Positions 1 through 9,430 of a stretch of 64,000 bases of DNA are shown here, in pieces. This DNA is from an uncultured Pirellulales bacterium (GTDB taxonomy: Bacteria > Planctomycetota > Phycisphaerae > Sedimentisphaerales > Anaerobacaceae). The stretch lies in contig CAYLYB010000001.1 of the NCBI GenBank assembly GCA_964387605.1, forward strand, positions 15,960 through 79,959, given 5' to 3'. A program made the translations under genes and the position numbers. Below the pieces are notes generated by a model, which was given only the letters and a program-made list of their open reading frames with translations, was not told the DNA's origin and did not search any database. Each line of letters starts with the position of its first letter. Position 1 is the stretch's first letter.

Positions 1-1
1 T

Positions 2-397
2 ACGAAGATATTGAACAGGGCGGAAGCTGAAATTGTGTCTCTTCGCAAGTGGGACGAGCGGCCGTTAGCCTACTCAATCAGAAGATGTAACCGCGGAACC
101 TATATCCTGACTTATTTCAGGGCCGAAGGACAAAAAATCCGCGACATCGAGCGTGATGTGCTGCTTTCGGAGCTCGTTATGCGAGCGCTGATTCTCAGGG
201 CCGACCATATCACTGAAGAAGATATCGAAAAGCAAAGCTCTGCAAAGCATACTGAAACTCAGGAGCGGCAGCCGGCTGATAAAGCAGATTCTGCCGAGGC
301 AGAGAAGGAAATCGATCAAGAGCCTGATTTGACGGGCGAACAAGAGGACATTGCCGGATATAGCGACGAGAACAATCCTGACGAACAGGGTTCGTGA
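2..397 (+). CDS. rpsF: 30S ribosomal protein S6, 5'-truncated by the window edge, with a long acidic C-terminal tail
   Basis: The frame is open to the window edge. WDERPLAYSIRRCNRGTYILTYF...LVMRALILR aligns with the S6 core (E. coli WGRRQLAYPI...VIRSMVMR). It sits in the conserved rpsF-ssb-rpsR-rplI order. Confidence 0.85.
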   Translation, partial: TKILNRAEAEIVSLRKWDERPLAYSIRRCNRGTYILTYFRAEGQKIRDIERDVLLSELVMRALILRADHITEEDIEKQSSAKHTETQERQPADKADSAEAEKEIDQEPDLTGEQEDIAGYSDENNPDEQGS

Positions 398-460
398 GTT
401 GCCTGCAATAGTCGGCAGGCAGAGCCGGCGATGCAGCTCAATAAAACTGAGGAGTTACTT

Positions 461-895
461 ATGGCCAACTATAATAAGGTGTTACTGATGGGCAACCTGA
501 CCCGTGACCCGCAGCTGTCATATCTTCCCAGCCAGACTCCGGTTGTGGAGTTCGGGTTGGCGGTGAACCGCAAATGGACCGGCAAAGACGGCACAAGCAA
601 GGATGAGACATGTTTTGTTGACTGTCGAGCGTTTGGTCGGCTGGCTGAAAATATCAACAAATATATGAGTAAGGGCCGGCCTATATTTCTCGAAGGCCGA
701 CTTACCTATGATACTTGGACGGCGCAGGATGGCACCAAGCGCAGCAGGCATAGAGTTGTTGTCGAGAACTTCCAGTTTATCGGCGCACCAGCAGGTGCTC
801 GAGCCGGCGGCGAGGCGGGCTCAGACAGCCAGGTTGAGCCGGACAACACAGGCCCCACAGGGGCGCAGCCGCCTGAAGACGATATACCATTTTGA
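461..895 (+). CDS. ssb: single-stranded DNA-binding protein
   Basis: It has an OB-fold N-terminus (MANYNKVLLMGNLTRDPQL), a Gly/Pro-rich linker and the acidic C-terminal tip DDIPF. A GAGGAG RBS precedes the ATG at 461, so the upstream ATG at 431 is less likely. Confidence 0.95.
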   Translation: MANYNKVLLMGNLTRDPQLSYLPSQTPVVEFGLAVNRKWTGKDGTSKDETCFVDCRAFGRLAENINKYMSKGRPIFLEGRLTYDTWTAQDGTKRSRHRVVVENFQFIGAPAGARAGGEAGSDSQVEPDNTGPTGAQPPEDDIPF

Positions 896-981
896 GCTAT
901 CGCACGGCTAACGTATGGCGCGTGCGAATGATTATTGAAGGTTTTCAAAAATAAAGTTCGGAGTTTTGTAACAGGTGAAAT

Positions 982-1245
982 ATGGCGAAACGTTTTGAAA
1001 AGAAAGATGACAAATCCGTGAAGACCCGCAAACTTGCTGCCCCACAGCAAACCCAGTGCCGGTTTTGCAGACGGCGTGAAGAGTATGTTGATTATAAGGA
1101 TATTGAAACCCTGCAGAAGCTGCTGACGCATCGAGGGAAGATATACTCGCGCAAGCGCAGCGGTAATTGTGCCGGCTGCCAGCGCAAGGCCAAAAGGGCC
1201 ATCAAACGGGCAAGGTTTATGGCACTTCTGCCGTTCTGTGCTTAG
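982..1245 (+). CDS. rpsR: 30S ribosomal protein S18
   Basis: [59 protein letters not shown] is a canonical S18 sequence. An AGGTGA RBS is present. Confidence 0.95.
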   Translation: MAKRFEKKDDKSVKTRKLAAPQQTQCRFCRRREEYVDYKDIETLQKLLTHRGKIYSRKRSGNCAGCQRKAKRAIKRARFMALLPFCA

Positions 1246-1299
1246 CTTTGTCTGTCGGAGTTGTTTTGTTTGAACTCATATTTTCGTGGAGGTTTGTAA

Positions 1300-1935
1300 A
1301 TGAAGGTGTTATTGACTGATGATATAAGCAAGCTCGGCTGGCTCGGCGATGTTGTCGATGTTGCTGACGGATACGCGAGAAACTACCTGCTCCCGCAGGG
1401 CCTCGCCCAGGTCGCCACCGAGGCGAATATAAAGGCAATCGCACAGCAAAAGGCCCAGCGGGCCGAACAACGCCGTCTCGAAAGCGAACAGCTCGAAAGG
1501 GCCGCCCAGGCCGTAGATGGTGCTGAAGCCGTTATTGCTGCCGCGGCCAATGAGCAGGGACACCTGTTCGGCTCGGTGGCGAAACACGATATCGCTGAAA
1601 ACCTGCGTGCGCAGGGCTTTGAGATCCACGACGACATAGTTGTGCTTGATGAGCATATAAAACAGGTAGGCACATACAGCGTCAAATTACAGTTCAATAA
1701 AGATGTAACTGCTGCTGTCAGCGTGGTTGTTGTCCCCGAAGGCGCTGATGTGGAGGCCTTTAAAGCAGCGCAGAAGGAGATTGCTCAACAACAGGCCGCC
1801 GAGAAGGAAGCGGCAGAATCCTCCGAAGAGCAGCAGAACGCGGAAACATCGCCCGACCAGCCGGCCCAGCAAACGGAGCAGAAAAATCAGGCCGAGTCGG
1901 ATCAGGAAGGTGAAAATCAATCTGCTCAGGGATAG
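1300..1935 (+). CDS. rplI: 50S ribosomal protein L9 with a Gln/Glu-rich C-terminal extension
   Basis: MKVLLTDDISKLGWLGDVVDVADGYARNYLLPQGLA is the L9 N-terminal domain. A GGAGG RBS is present. The final ~60 aa are low-complexity and acidic. Confidence 0.95.
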   Translation: MKVLLTDDISKLGWLGDVVDVADGYARNYLLPQGLAQVATEANIKAIAQQKAQRAEQRRLESEQLERAAQAVDGAEAVIAAAANEQGHLFGSVAKHDIAENLRAQGFEIHDDIVVLDEHIKQVGTYSVKLQFNKDVTAAVSVVVVPEGADVEAFKAAQKEIAQQQAAEKEAAESSEEQQNAETSPDQPAQQTEQKNQAESDQEGENQSAQG

Positions 1936-1947
1936 TTTTTAGTGATT

Positions 1948-3504
1948 CTAAGCGGCGGTTGTGCTTGACTGAGAGTCGGTACACGCCGCTTTTTTCTTTG
2001 GAAACCGCGGCAGAAGCTGCGCTAATAGTATTAGCAATAGTCCTCGAAAAAGATCAGCCCGGACGGCAACAATAAAACCTGAGATTACTAGGGCCGCCCA
2101 GATGATTAACTGAATCCATTGGAGAGGATAGGTTACTTTTGATTTTGTCTTTTTCCACCCTTTGAGGGTTATTAAACCGGCTGCAATCGTCGTAATGCCA
2201 ATGATTGCATAGAATACCAGCATTGCGTAAATTACAACAGGCAGAGAGACATTCTCTGCGATAATCGCTTTATCCTGCGGCATCCTCGTAAATGAAAAGA
2301 GCAGACAGGTTTCGCCGACGTATTTGGCGTGCGCTGCATTGGATAAGAACCGTACTGTCAGCAGCGTCCCGTCCAGCAGCGGTAAAGACGCCGCAATTAC
2401 CTCGGCACCCAGTGGATAGGCGTGGTCGAATCGATTGTTGGCTCGTGCAGCTCCCACCCCGAAGGAGCAGGCCGAGGCGCCAAAACCGGCAATCACGGGG
2501 CCTGAGTCTACGTCTATGTACCATTCTGAGTCTATTTGGTCTTTTAAAAATTCACGAAAACCAACTGCCCCACAGTGTTTTTGCCAGTAGTGTTTCTCGA
2601 AATTTTCATACCAGTCTTGTGCCGTCTCAGGCCATAGTTCCGCGGCCCAGACTGTACCCCACTGGTTGGAGCAGCCGCGGGACATATCGATAAGGCCGCT
2701 TTTGGCATTTGCGAAGTATGGCGGAAGACCCGTCGAGACATCGAGAAGGTTTCCCTCAAAGCCCCTTATGGAGCGACGGATGAATTCCGAGTGGTCGGTT
2801 CCCAGAAGTGAATCAGCTCGCTTTATAGCAGCGATTGCCGCCGTAACGTCGGTCGGAAAACACTGGCTGGGATAATCATCCAGTATCCCGTAGCGGGATT
2901 CATCCAGCTCCTTTGATAAGGTTTCAACCTGGTCTCGTATAAGGTCGAGGTATTTGTCCCCGCCCAGGAGTTTATGATAGCTTGTCAGCCCACCAATAAG
3001 CAGCATACGGTAAAAAACGTTCTCTTTGTGCAGGTAATCGTCGCCCCAGTGTTTCTTAACCCATGTTGCGTGCCCGGGGTCGGCTACAAGAGCCGCGGCC
3101 GCCTCAATCGCCCCCGCGGCATATACGTTCGGAGCAACGTGGGAGAGAGTTCTATCCTGCTCCCATGCCTGCTGTAATGATTCTGTCGCCCAAAGGTAAA
3201 ATACCGAACCGAAGACAGGCCATTCAGTTGCTGCGATTTGTTCGAGGTCCAGTTCTTGTGCTTCGTCGGAGCAAATTCGCTGACGAGCCCATCTTTCGTA
3301 TCTGGGCGACAGGTGCCTGTGCGTCCTGAAGGCAAATCTCGGCACACCCTGTCCTTTTAGGCCCGTGTCGTTTATATAAAATATAATCAGAATGATGGGT
3401 ATGAAGGAAAAATACGTTGCCAGAAAAAGCCAGATAATCGTATTGCCATATCGGCATATAGAAACAGGCGTGAAATGTTTGTCTTTCATTATCGTTTTCA
3501 GCAA
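1948..3504 (-). CDS. hypothetical polytopic membrane protein with a large soluble central domain
   Basis: 518-aa ORF with one N-terminal and about three C-terminal hydrophobic helices. I do not recognise the ~350-aa central domain with confidence. It starts 3 nt after the upstream SGNH gene ends. Confidence 0.6.
   Translation of the reverse strand: MLKTIMKDKHFTPVSICRYGNTIIWLFLATYFSFIPIILIIFYINDTGLKGQGVPRFAFRTHRHLSPRYERWARQRICSDEAQELDLEQIAATEWPVFGSVFYLWATESLQQAWEQDRTLSHVAPNVYAAGAIEAAAALVADPGHATWVKKHWGDDYLHKENVFYRMLLIGGLTSYHKLLGGDKYLDLIRDQVETLSKELDESRYGILDDYPSQCFPTDVTAAIAAIKRADSLLGTDHSEFIRRSIRGFEGNLLDVSTGLPPYFANAKSGLIDMSRGCSNQWGTVWAAELWPETAQDWYENFEKHYWQKHCGAVGFREFLKDQIDSEWYIDVDSGPVIAGFGASACSFGVGAARANNRFDHAYPLGAEVIAASLPLLDGTLLTVRFLSNAAHAKYVGETCLLFSFTRMPQDKAIIAENVSLPVVIYAMLVFYAIIGITTIAAGLITLKGWKKTKSKVTYPLQWIQLIIWAALVISGFIVAVRADLFRGLLLILLAQLLPRFPKKKAACTDSQSSTTAA
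1950..1997 (+). terminator. putative rho-independent terminator after rplI
   Basis: A 7-bp stem (agcggcg 1951-1957 pairing with cgccgct 1984-1990) is followed by a tttttt run at 1991-1996. The loop is long, and the element overlaps the 3' end of the convergent ORF 1948-3504. Confidence 0.45.
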
Positions 3505-3507
3505 AGA

Positions 3508-4512
3508 TTATTCCCGCTGTTGATTCTCACTGAAAACCTTTATCATTTCAAGAAGGAATAATCTTCTCGTGGCGTCATAGCCGCGTTCGCTTGGGTCTTC
3601 GATATTCAGGTAGTACCAGTATGTCGGGTCGTTCCAGCGATAATTTTTAATCCAGAACTTCCTGCAGTGTATTCCGTGGCCGAGAAAAGACGAATGAATA
3701 TCCACGAGATGAACGTTCTCATATCGTGCAGCACACTCTGCCAAAATTGTGTTGTAGGCATGTAATATCTTTACGCCGTCAGGCCAGGCGGGCAGGCCCG
3801 TCAGCCATTCCGCTGTGTTTCCTGTTCCGTCGCTCGGGTCGTAGATATTCGCGAGAAATATATGGCATCCGCCCGGGAAAACTTTCTGGATTCGCCTTAC
3901 CATTTCATCCAGCCGTTTCTCGAAATTACCTATCCAAGGCCGGGCCTGCTCGAAGCTTGCTCCATACATCGCTCCTTTCTCTGGCGGCCTTCGTCCGTAA
4001 TTATGAATAAGGTCGTTGCCTCCTGATGTCATTACCACGACTCCAAGCACATCAGATTGTTGTGGGCTAAGCCTTTTAATTTGGTTTAGATGGTCAAATG
4101 AGTTGCTTCCGGAGGTTGATATGTTTTTGGTTTCAAGTTTCGGAAAAACTACGGAAAGGTTTTTACCCTTCATATCATCGCTGTCGTAAGGAGGATTTTC
4201 GATTAATCGTTCGAAATACGAATACCCCGTGCGAGCACCGAAACCGGCGGTGATACTATCACCGATTCCCAAAAGTAATACTTTGCGTTCACTCCAGATG
4301 TGGTCGAACGGCTCAGCGCCAACATCGGGACCGGCTGGACCATCGCCCTGCGGAAGATAAACATTGAAATATAAAATGCCGCCCGTGAGAAGGATGACTA
4401 CAGCTACGGTAATTATAAAACACTTCACGAATCTAAAAGCAGGCTTGCGTTTTGCAGGTTTTTTAGTCGGAGTATCTTCCTCGTTTATTTCGGATGTTTC
4501 TGTGGGCATCAT
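3508..4512 (-). CDS. membrane-anchored SGNH/GDSL hydrolase
   Basis: Block I is LLLGIGDSITAGFG (GDS motif) and block III is SGGNDL. It has an N-terminal TM anchor. Confidence 0.85.
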   Translation of the reverse strand: MMPTETSEINEEDTPTKKPAKRKPAFRFVKCFIITVAVVILLTGGILYFNVYLPQGDGPAGPDVGAEPFDHIWSERKVLLLGIGDSITAGFGARTGYSYFERLIENPPYDSDDMKGKNLSVVFPKLETKNISTSGSNSFDHLNQIKRLSPQQSDVLGVVVMTSGGNDLIHNYGRRPPEKGAMYGASFEQARPWIGNFEKRLDEMVRRIQKVFPGGCHIFLANIYDPSDGTGNTAEWLTGLPAWPDGVKILHAYNTILAECAARYENVHLVDIHSSFLGHGIHCRKFWIKNYRWNDPTYWYYLNIEDPSERGYDATRRLFLLEMIKVFSENQQRE

Positions 4513-4518
4513 TAAGTC

Positions 4519-5520
4519 CTATAAAACGCCTTTTTTGGCGTAAGTATCGAATATTTTGTCGAATTCTTCGGCTTTTTTAGCACCTTCGTAAATAATCAGT
4601 TTGAACCTGAACAGAGCGCTTTGACCCGGCTGAAGTGTGAGATTAAATGGCTTTGGGTTTTCAAACTTTTGGGCTTCTTGAAAAACATATTGCCCTAACG
4701 GATTGGCCGCAAATAAACCATAGCCGCGAGCCATCCAGTATGTCGGGTAGTTGGTGCTGTCGGGGTGATTGAAAATTGCAATACCAATTGTCTTGCCGTT
4801 CTTTTGCCCTTGCAGCCGGCACCATTTTGCTCGCCTGCCCCATACGTTCGGTTCGCCGGTATTGCCGTCCGAATTGAGGTATTCGCCTGTGCCGCCTTCT
4901 TCTCTTAGCCAATCCGCGACGCGAATAGCAAACATCCCCTCCTTGGTATCGCCGAACACGACTTCCTTGTCCTGTGTGGTTAATACGATGTTGAAATCTA
5001 TGGCGTATTCATTTGGCTCCGCGGTGAAGAACATATCTCTTTTTTCCTCCAGCAGCACCTTGCCCCGTCTGCCAATCCAGTGTGTGATTATCGAAAGCTG
5101 CCCGTCGTCGGTTTTCGTAGTTTTTATGTGCTTAATCTGCGGCGGCGGAGTCGCGTTATTCCACAAATCCTCGTTGTTGACATTGCCATAAGTAAAAAAC
5201 ATCCCCGTGTGATGCGGGTGGTCGGTGCTTTCGCCAGCGACATTCTCTAACGGGAATCCCCTCGTTACGACAACGCCCGACGGGCTTTTCAGGGGGTACA
5301 AAATCGGCTTGGTCAGCGTCTTGCCATAGCGGTAGCTTGTTACGTATTTATTGCCGCACATTACGTCGATGGCGTTTTCTTTCTCTATAAACGTAAAACC
5401 GGGTGCATTTTGAAGATTGTCCTTGTCGCCTGTCATTGGCGAGGGAGTGTTTTGCGCGAACGATAACGTCCCGCTCATCAGCAGCACGGCTGTCGCATAT
5501 AGGGTCGTTTTTCTAATCAT
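4519..5520 (-). CDS. secreted PmoA-family (DUF6807-like) protein
   Basis: Signal peptide MIRKTTLYATAVLLMSGTLSFAQ. The STDHPHHTGMFFTYGNVNNEDLWN motif is characteristic of this family as I recall it. Confidence 0.7.
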   Translation of the reverse strand: MIRKTTLYATAVLLMSGTLSFAQNTPSPMTGDKDNLQNAPGFTFIEKENAIDVMCGNKYVTSYRYGKTLTKPILYPLKSPSGVVVTRGFPLENVAGESTDHPHHTGMFFTYGNVNNEDLWNNATPPPQIKHIKTTKTDDGQLSIITHWIGRRGKVLLEEKRDMFFTAEPNEYAIDFNIVLTTQDKEVVFGDTKEGMFAIRVADWLREEGGTGEYLNSDGNTGEPNVWGRRAKWCRLQGQKNGKTIGIAIFNHPDSTNYPTYWMARGYGLFAANPLGQYVFQEAQKFENPKPFNLTLQPGQSALFRFKLIIYEGAKKAEEFDKIFDTYAKKGVL

Positions 5521-5534
5521 CTTTCAATCCTTAA

Positions 5535-6380
5535 TTATAGACTCGCCAGCACTCCCCTTGTGTATCCGACCGATTCAGCAACGCCCGGCAGCGGGTCTTT
5601 TTCGTCCTTTTCGAATTCGAACGACGCCTTGCCGGAGTAGCCGATTCTAATCAGCGTTCGCATTAGCCGAATAATATCGATCACGCCCCGTCCCATCTCA
5701 ATCGTCGTGCCTTGTGCCGTTGCCGAACTTACATCCTTTATATGAAGGTCCATCAGCCGGCCCACATACGTTTCAACCGCCTCCGACGGGTCAATGCCAA
5801 TCCGCTGTGTATGTCCCACGTCGATGCACAACCCGATTCGCTTGTCGAGGTCCTTTATCCTTTCATATACGCTCTGCGGCGTTGGGTAAAGCTGGTCGCC
5901 CGGCCCGTGATTATGAATCGCCACCCTGATGTCGTATTCTTTGACCTTCTTATCAACCAGCCCCAATAAATCATATTTCGGCACCCCAACGAAGGTTCCT
6001 ATTCCGGCCATTTTCGCGTAATCGAACGCTTGCTGCACCTCGTCAGCGGTATTCATATATATAACCCCGCACGCGTAAAGCTCTAATCCTGCCTCCTTTA
6101 CCTTCGCCAGGGTCTCATTTATTTGCTCCTGATTACTGTCTAAAGGCAGGTGCATACTTTTGAAGCATATATATTTTAGTCCCAGCCGATTAGTCATCGC
6201 TATCGCCTGATCGACGGGGAACTGCCTGAATGTATACGATGTCATTCCCAGTTCAAATTTCGGCTTCAACTTTTTTTTGCCTTGTATTTCATCCGCCGCC
6301 TCTAACCTGCCTGCACCGGCCAGCACCGCTCCCACACCTGCCATTCTTAAAATATCCCTTCTCGTTTGTTTATTTGTCAT
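5535..6380 (-). CDS. TAT-exported sugar phosphate isomerase/epimerase (xylose isomerase-like TIM barrel)
   Basis: Twin-arginine signal TRRDILRMAGVGAVLAGAG. AP-endonuclease-2/xylose-isomerase-like motifs are present (VAIHNHG, CIDVGH). Confidence 0.8.
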   Translation of the reverse strand: MTNKQTRRDILRMAGVGAVLAGAGRLEAADEIQGKKKLKPKFELGMTSYTFRQFPVDQAIAMTNRLGLKYICFKSMHLPLDSNQEQINETLAKVKEAGLELYACGVIYMNTADEVQQAFDYAKMAGIGTFVGVPKYDLLGLVDKKVKEYDIRVAIHNHGPGDQLYPTPQSVYERIKDLDKRIGLCIDVGHTQRIGIDPSEAVETYVGRLMDLHIKDVSSATAQGTTIEMGRGVIDIIRLMRTLIRIGYSGKASFEFEKDEKDPLPGVAESVGYTRGVLASL

Positions 6381-6414
6381 CGTCTTGCTCCTTTCTGGTT
6401 GCCGGGCTTCTGTT

Positions 6415-9300
6415 TTACATCAGCCCGTATGCCTTTGCCAAAATCTTTATCGGGTGCAGGGTCGGTTTTCGGCTTATATGCTCAATTTGCATCCCGCAGG
6501 CCGCACATTCGGTCAGCACGTATTGCGCAGTCGTTTTATCGAGCGCATCTTTCAATGATTTTGCTATCTGCTCCGAAAGCTCGTAATTTTTCTTCTGCAT
6601 TCCGAACGTCCCGGCTAAGCCGCAGCAGCCCGCCTTCAAATCGACGATATCGAGATTACAAACCTTTTTCAACACCTCGATACTCGCGCCGTAAGAGGCC
6701 ATCGCAAGCAAATGGCAGGGTGTATGATAAACGTATCGCTGCGTTTTTTTACGCTCGGCCTTTTTGAGCCTGTCCTGTCGGGCGAGTTCCAGCAGGTATC
6801 CCATCAACTCGAAAGTATTTTCCGAGACCAGCTTTGCGTCCTCGCCCTGCACGTGGTGCCTTAATTCCTGCTTGAGGCACAATGCCGCGCTTGGCTCGGA
6901 GCAGATTATCTTATAACCCGCCCGCACCGCTTCAGCTAAGTATTTCACGCTGTATGACAAATCGATTTTGGCGGTTTTAACGTCGCCATACACAATCGCC
7001 GGCAATGGCGCAGGCCTTTGATTCGGCAAAATGACCTCGATATTATTATGACGAAGAACGTCGATAACCGCGTAGCCAAGCTCGTGGTCGTTGAAGTTCG
7101 CGTATGTATCGACGAAGTATGCAATTTTTTCGATTGGCTTATCGATTTGTCCGCACTTTTGCAGATACTTACGACCCGCGGCTAAAAACGAGCCAAAGGC
7201 AAACCGGGGCATTTGTCGCCGCTTGTCGATGCCTGTAGTTTTTTCGAGAACCCACTTAGTTAAACTCAGGCCCATCACGAAATTAGAAACAGGCGCGAAC
7301 AAGCTGCCCAGCTTGCTCAGATAACGATTGTGTCCCAGCACCCAGTCGGTCCGCCGAAGTCCATTTCGCCGTGCGTATTCCGACCGTGCCGCCGACATCA
7401 CCTTCGATACATCCACGCCCGACGGGCATTCAATCGAGCAGGCCTTGCAATTCACGCACAAATCGAGGAACTTTCGAAACTCCGCCGACTCGAAATCCTC
7501 TTCGCTCATCTGGCCCGTCGCCCAAAAGCGGGCGATATTCATTTTCGCCCGCGAGCTGTTCATTTCATCCCCGAACGCCCGAAACACCGGGCACATCCGA
7601 AGTTGCTCTTCGCCGGCCCTGCATACCCCGCAGCCGTTGCATTGTTCGAGTTCGAGCGCAATCTCATCCGGCTCATAAAATACGCCCGTTTGCACGAAGG
7701 CCCGCTCCGGCTGAATCTTTTTGCCTGCCTTTAGATTCTGCACCATCGCGCCTTCGTCGTCATTGATTATCTTGCCGGGATTGAGCACGCCGGCCGGGTC
7801 GAAAATCTTTTTTATGCCGCACAATATGTTGTAAAAATCATCCCCGTATTGTCTTCTCAAAAAAGCCGCCCTTACCAATCCCACCGCGTGCTCCCCGCTG
7901 ACGGTCCCGCCAAACGACCACGCCAATGCGAAAACCTCATTTGCGATTTCGACCATTTTTTCGACCTCGCCCCGACTGCCCAGGTCGAGATAGGGCCTGA
8001 TGTGCAGCTCGCCGTCTCCGGCGTGGCCATAATAGCTCATAGCGATATCGTATTTTTTACCGATTTTCTCCAGGCCCGCGATATACTCTCCGAGCTTGTC
8101 ATTCGAAACCGATACATCTTCAATAAAAGGCACCGGTCTTTGTCTTCCTTTTTTTCTGTCGAGCAGGGGCACCGCGTCCTTGCGCGCTTTCCACAGCCGG
8201 CTTTGAATCTCTTCGTCGAGCACAATCGTTCTCTCGCCGGCTATATTTCCTACAGCGCTGTTCGTCTCCTTGATTTTCCTTGTAACCACCTCGGGCGTTT
8301 CGCCGGTATGCTCGACTAATAATATCGCCTCGGCCTGGGCCGGCAAAATGTCCCTGTATTTCGGCAGATGCTCAGTCGCCATAGCAATCAAATGCCTGTC
8401 CATCAACTCGCAGGCCGACGCACCGGTGTTGACAATAATCGGCACTGCCTTTGCCATTTTCTCCAACGAGGCGAATTCGAGCTGCAAAAGCCCCTTCGCT
8501 TTGGGTAATGGCACCGTTCTAAGCGTAATCTTCGTAAATATCGCCAGCGTCCCTTCCGACCCGGCCATTAGCTTTGCCAAATCGATTTTGCCGTCGCGAA
8601 ATACTCCCGCGATGTTATAGCCGCTGCTGTTGCGTTTTGTCGCGGGAAGCGCCTTTGCGATAACCTGCTGTTTGTCCGCCAACAGCTCTGCGCAGGCCTT
8701 TGCGATTCGGCTGAGTTTGTCGGTTTTTATCTGTTGCGGGTCGGCGTTGTTGACCAGTTCTACTATGCTGCCATCCGCCAGCACGGCTTCGATTCGCTCG
8801 ACGTAATCGCCGATATAGCCGTATTGCAGCGAATGTGCCCCCGTTGCGTTGTTGGCAACGCACCCGCCTATGACCGCCCGGTTGGCGGTCGAGGGGTCCG
8901 GGCCTATTTTTCTGCCGTATTTAGCGAGGTAGCCGTTCAATTCGTCGAGAACCGCGCCCGGCTCACACGTCACCAGTCGCCCGGCGTCTTCTGTGCCGAT
9001 TATCCGATTCATATACCGGGCCACATCAAGCACTATTCCGCTGCAAAGCGATTCGCCGGCAACGCCGCTTCCTGCCCCTCGCGGTGCTATCGGCAGTTGA
9101 TTTTGGCCCGCGTATTTAACGACTGCCGCGATATCCTCCGCATCGCGCGGGCAGACCACGCAGTCAGGCACAATCTCGTAAATGCTCGCGTCGCTGCTGT
9201 ATGCGGCCCTGTGAAGAATATCTGCGAACACGTCGCCCTTGACAAGGCCAGCTAAATCCGAAGCAATTTCTTTTGTCTTTTTACCCATCTTTGCCGCCAA
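6415..9300 (-). CDS. FAD-binding oxidase fused to 4Fe-4S and CCG domains (YdiJ / GlcD-GlcF-like 2-hydroxyacid dehydrogenase)
   Basis: N-terminal FAD PCMH domain (PRGAGSGVAGES). Two ferredoxin-type clusters (CNGCGVCRAGEEQLRMCP and CVNCKACSIECP). C-terminal CCG motifs (HTPCHL, CCGLAGTFG). Confidence 0.85.
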   Translation of the reverse strand: MAAKMGKKTKEIASDLAGLVKGDVFADILHRAAYSSDASIYEIVPDCVVCPRDAEDIAAVVKYAGQNQLPIAPRGAGSGVAGESLCSGIVLDVARYMNRIIGTEDAGRLVTCEPGAVLDELNGYLAKYGRKIGPDPSTANRAVIGGCVANNATGAHSLQYGYIGDYVERIEAVLADGSIVELVNNADPQQIKTDKLSRIAKACAELLADKQQVIAKALPATKRNSSGYNIAGVFRDGKIDLAKLMAGSEGTLAIFTKITLRTVPLPKAKGLLQLEFASLEKMAKAVPIIVNTGASACELMDRHLIAMATEHLPKYRDILPAQAEAILLVEHTGETPEVVTRKIKETNSAVGNIAGERTIVLDEEIQSRLWKARKDAVPLLDRKKGRQRPVPFIEDVSVSNDKLGEYIAGLEKIGKKYDIAMSYYGHAGDGELHIRPYLDLGSRGEVEKMVEIANEVFALAWSFGGTVSGEHAVGLVRAAFLRRQYGDDFYNILCGIKKIFDPAGVLNPGKIINDDEGAMVQNLKAGKKIQPERAFVQTGVFYEPDEIALELEQCNGCGVCRAGEEQLRMCPVFRAFGDEMNSSRAKMNIARFWATGQMSEEDFESAEFRKFLDLCVNCKACSIECPSGVDVSKVMSAARSEYARRNGLRRTDWVLGHNRYLSKLGSLFAPVSNFVMGLSLTKWVLEKTTGIDKRRQMPRFAFGSFLAAGRKYLQKCGQIDKPIEKIAYFVDTYANFNDHELGYAVIDVLRHNNIEVILPNQRPAPLPAIVYGDVKTAKIDLSYSVKYLAEAVRAGYKIICSEPSAALCLKQELRHHVQGEDAKLVSENTFELMGYLLELARQDRLKKAERKKTQRYVYHTPCHLLAMASYGASIEVLKKVCNLDIVDLKAGCCGLAGTFGMQKKNYELSEQIAKSLKDALDKTTAQYVLTECAACGMQIEHISRKPTLHPIKILAKAYGLM

Positions 9301-9430
9301 AGACAGTTATCCCTTATAAATGAAATATACGCAGAGATTCTAACATATATGTGCGTGATTTGGCACTGCCGGAAGGAATTTAAGTCCCTCTTAGGGTCAT
9401 GCTGTCGCAAGACAGCAGCGGGGGCAGGGA

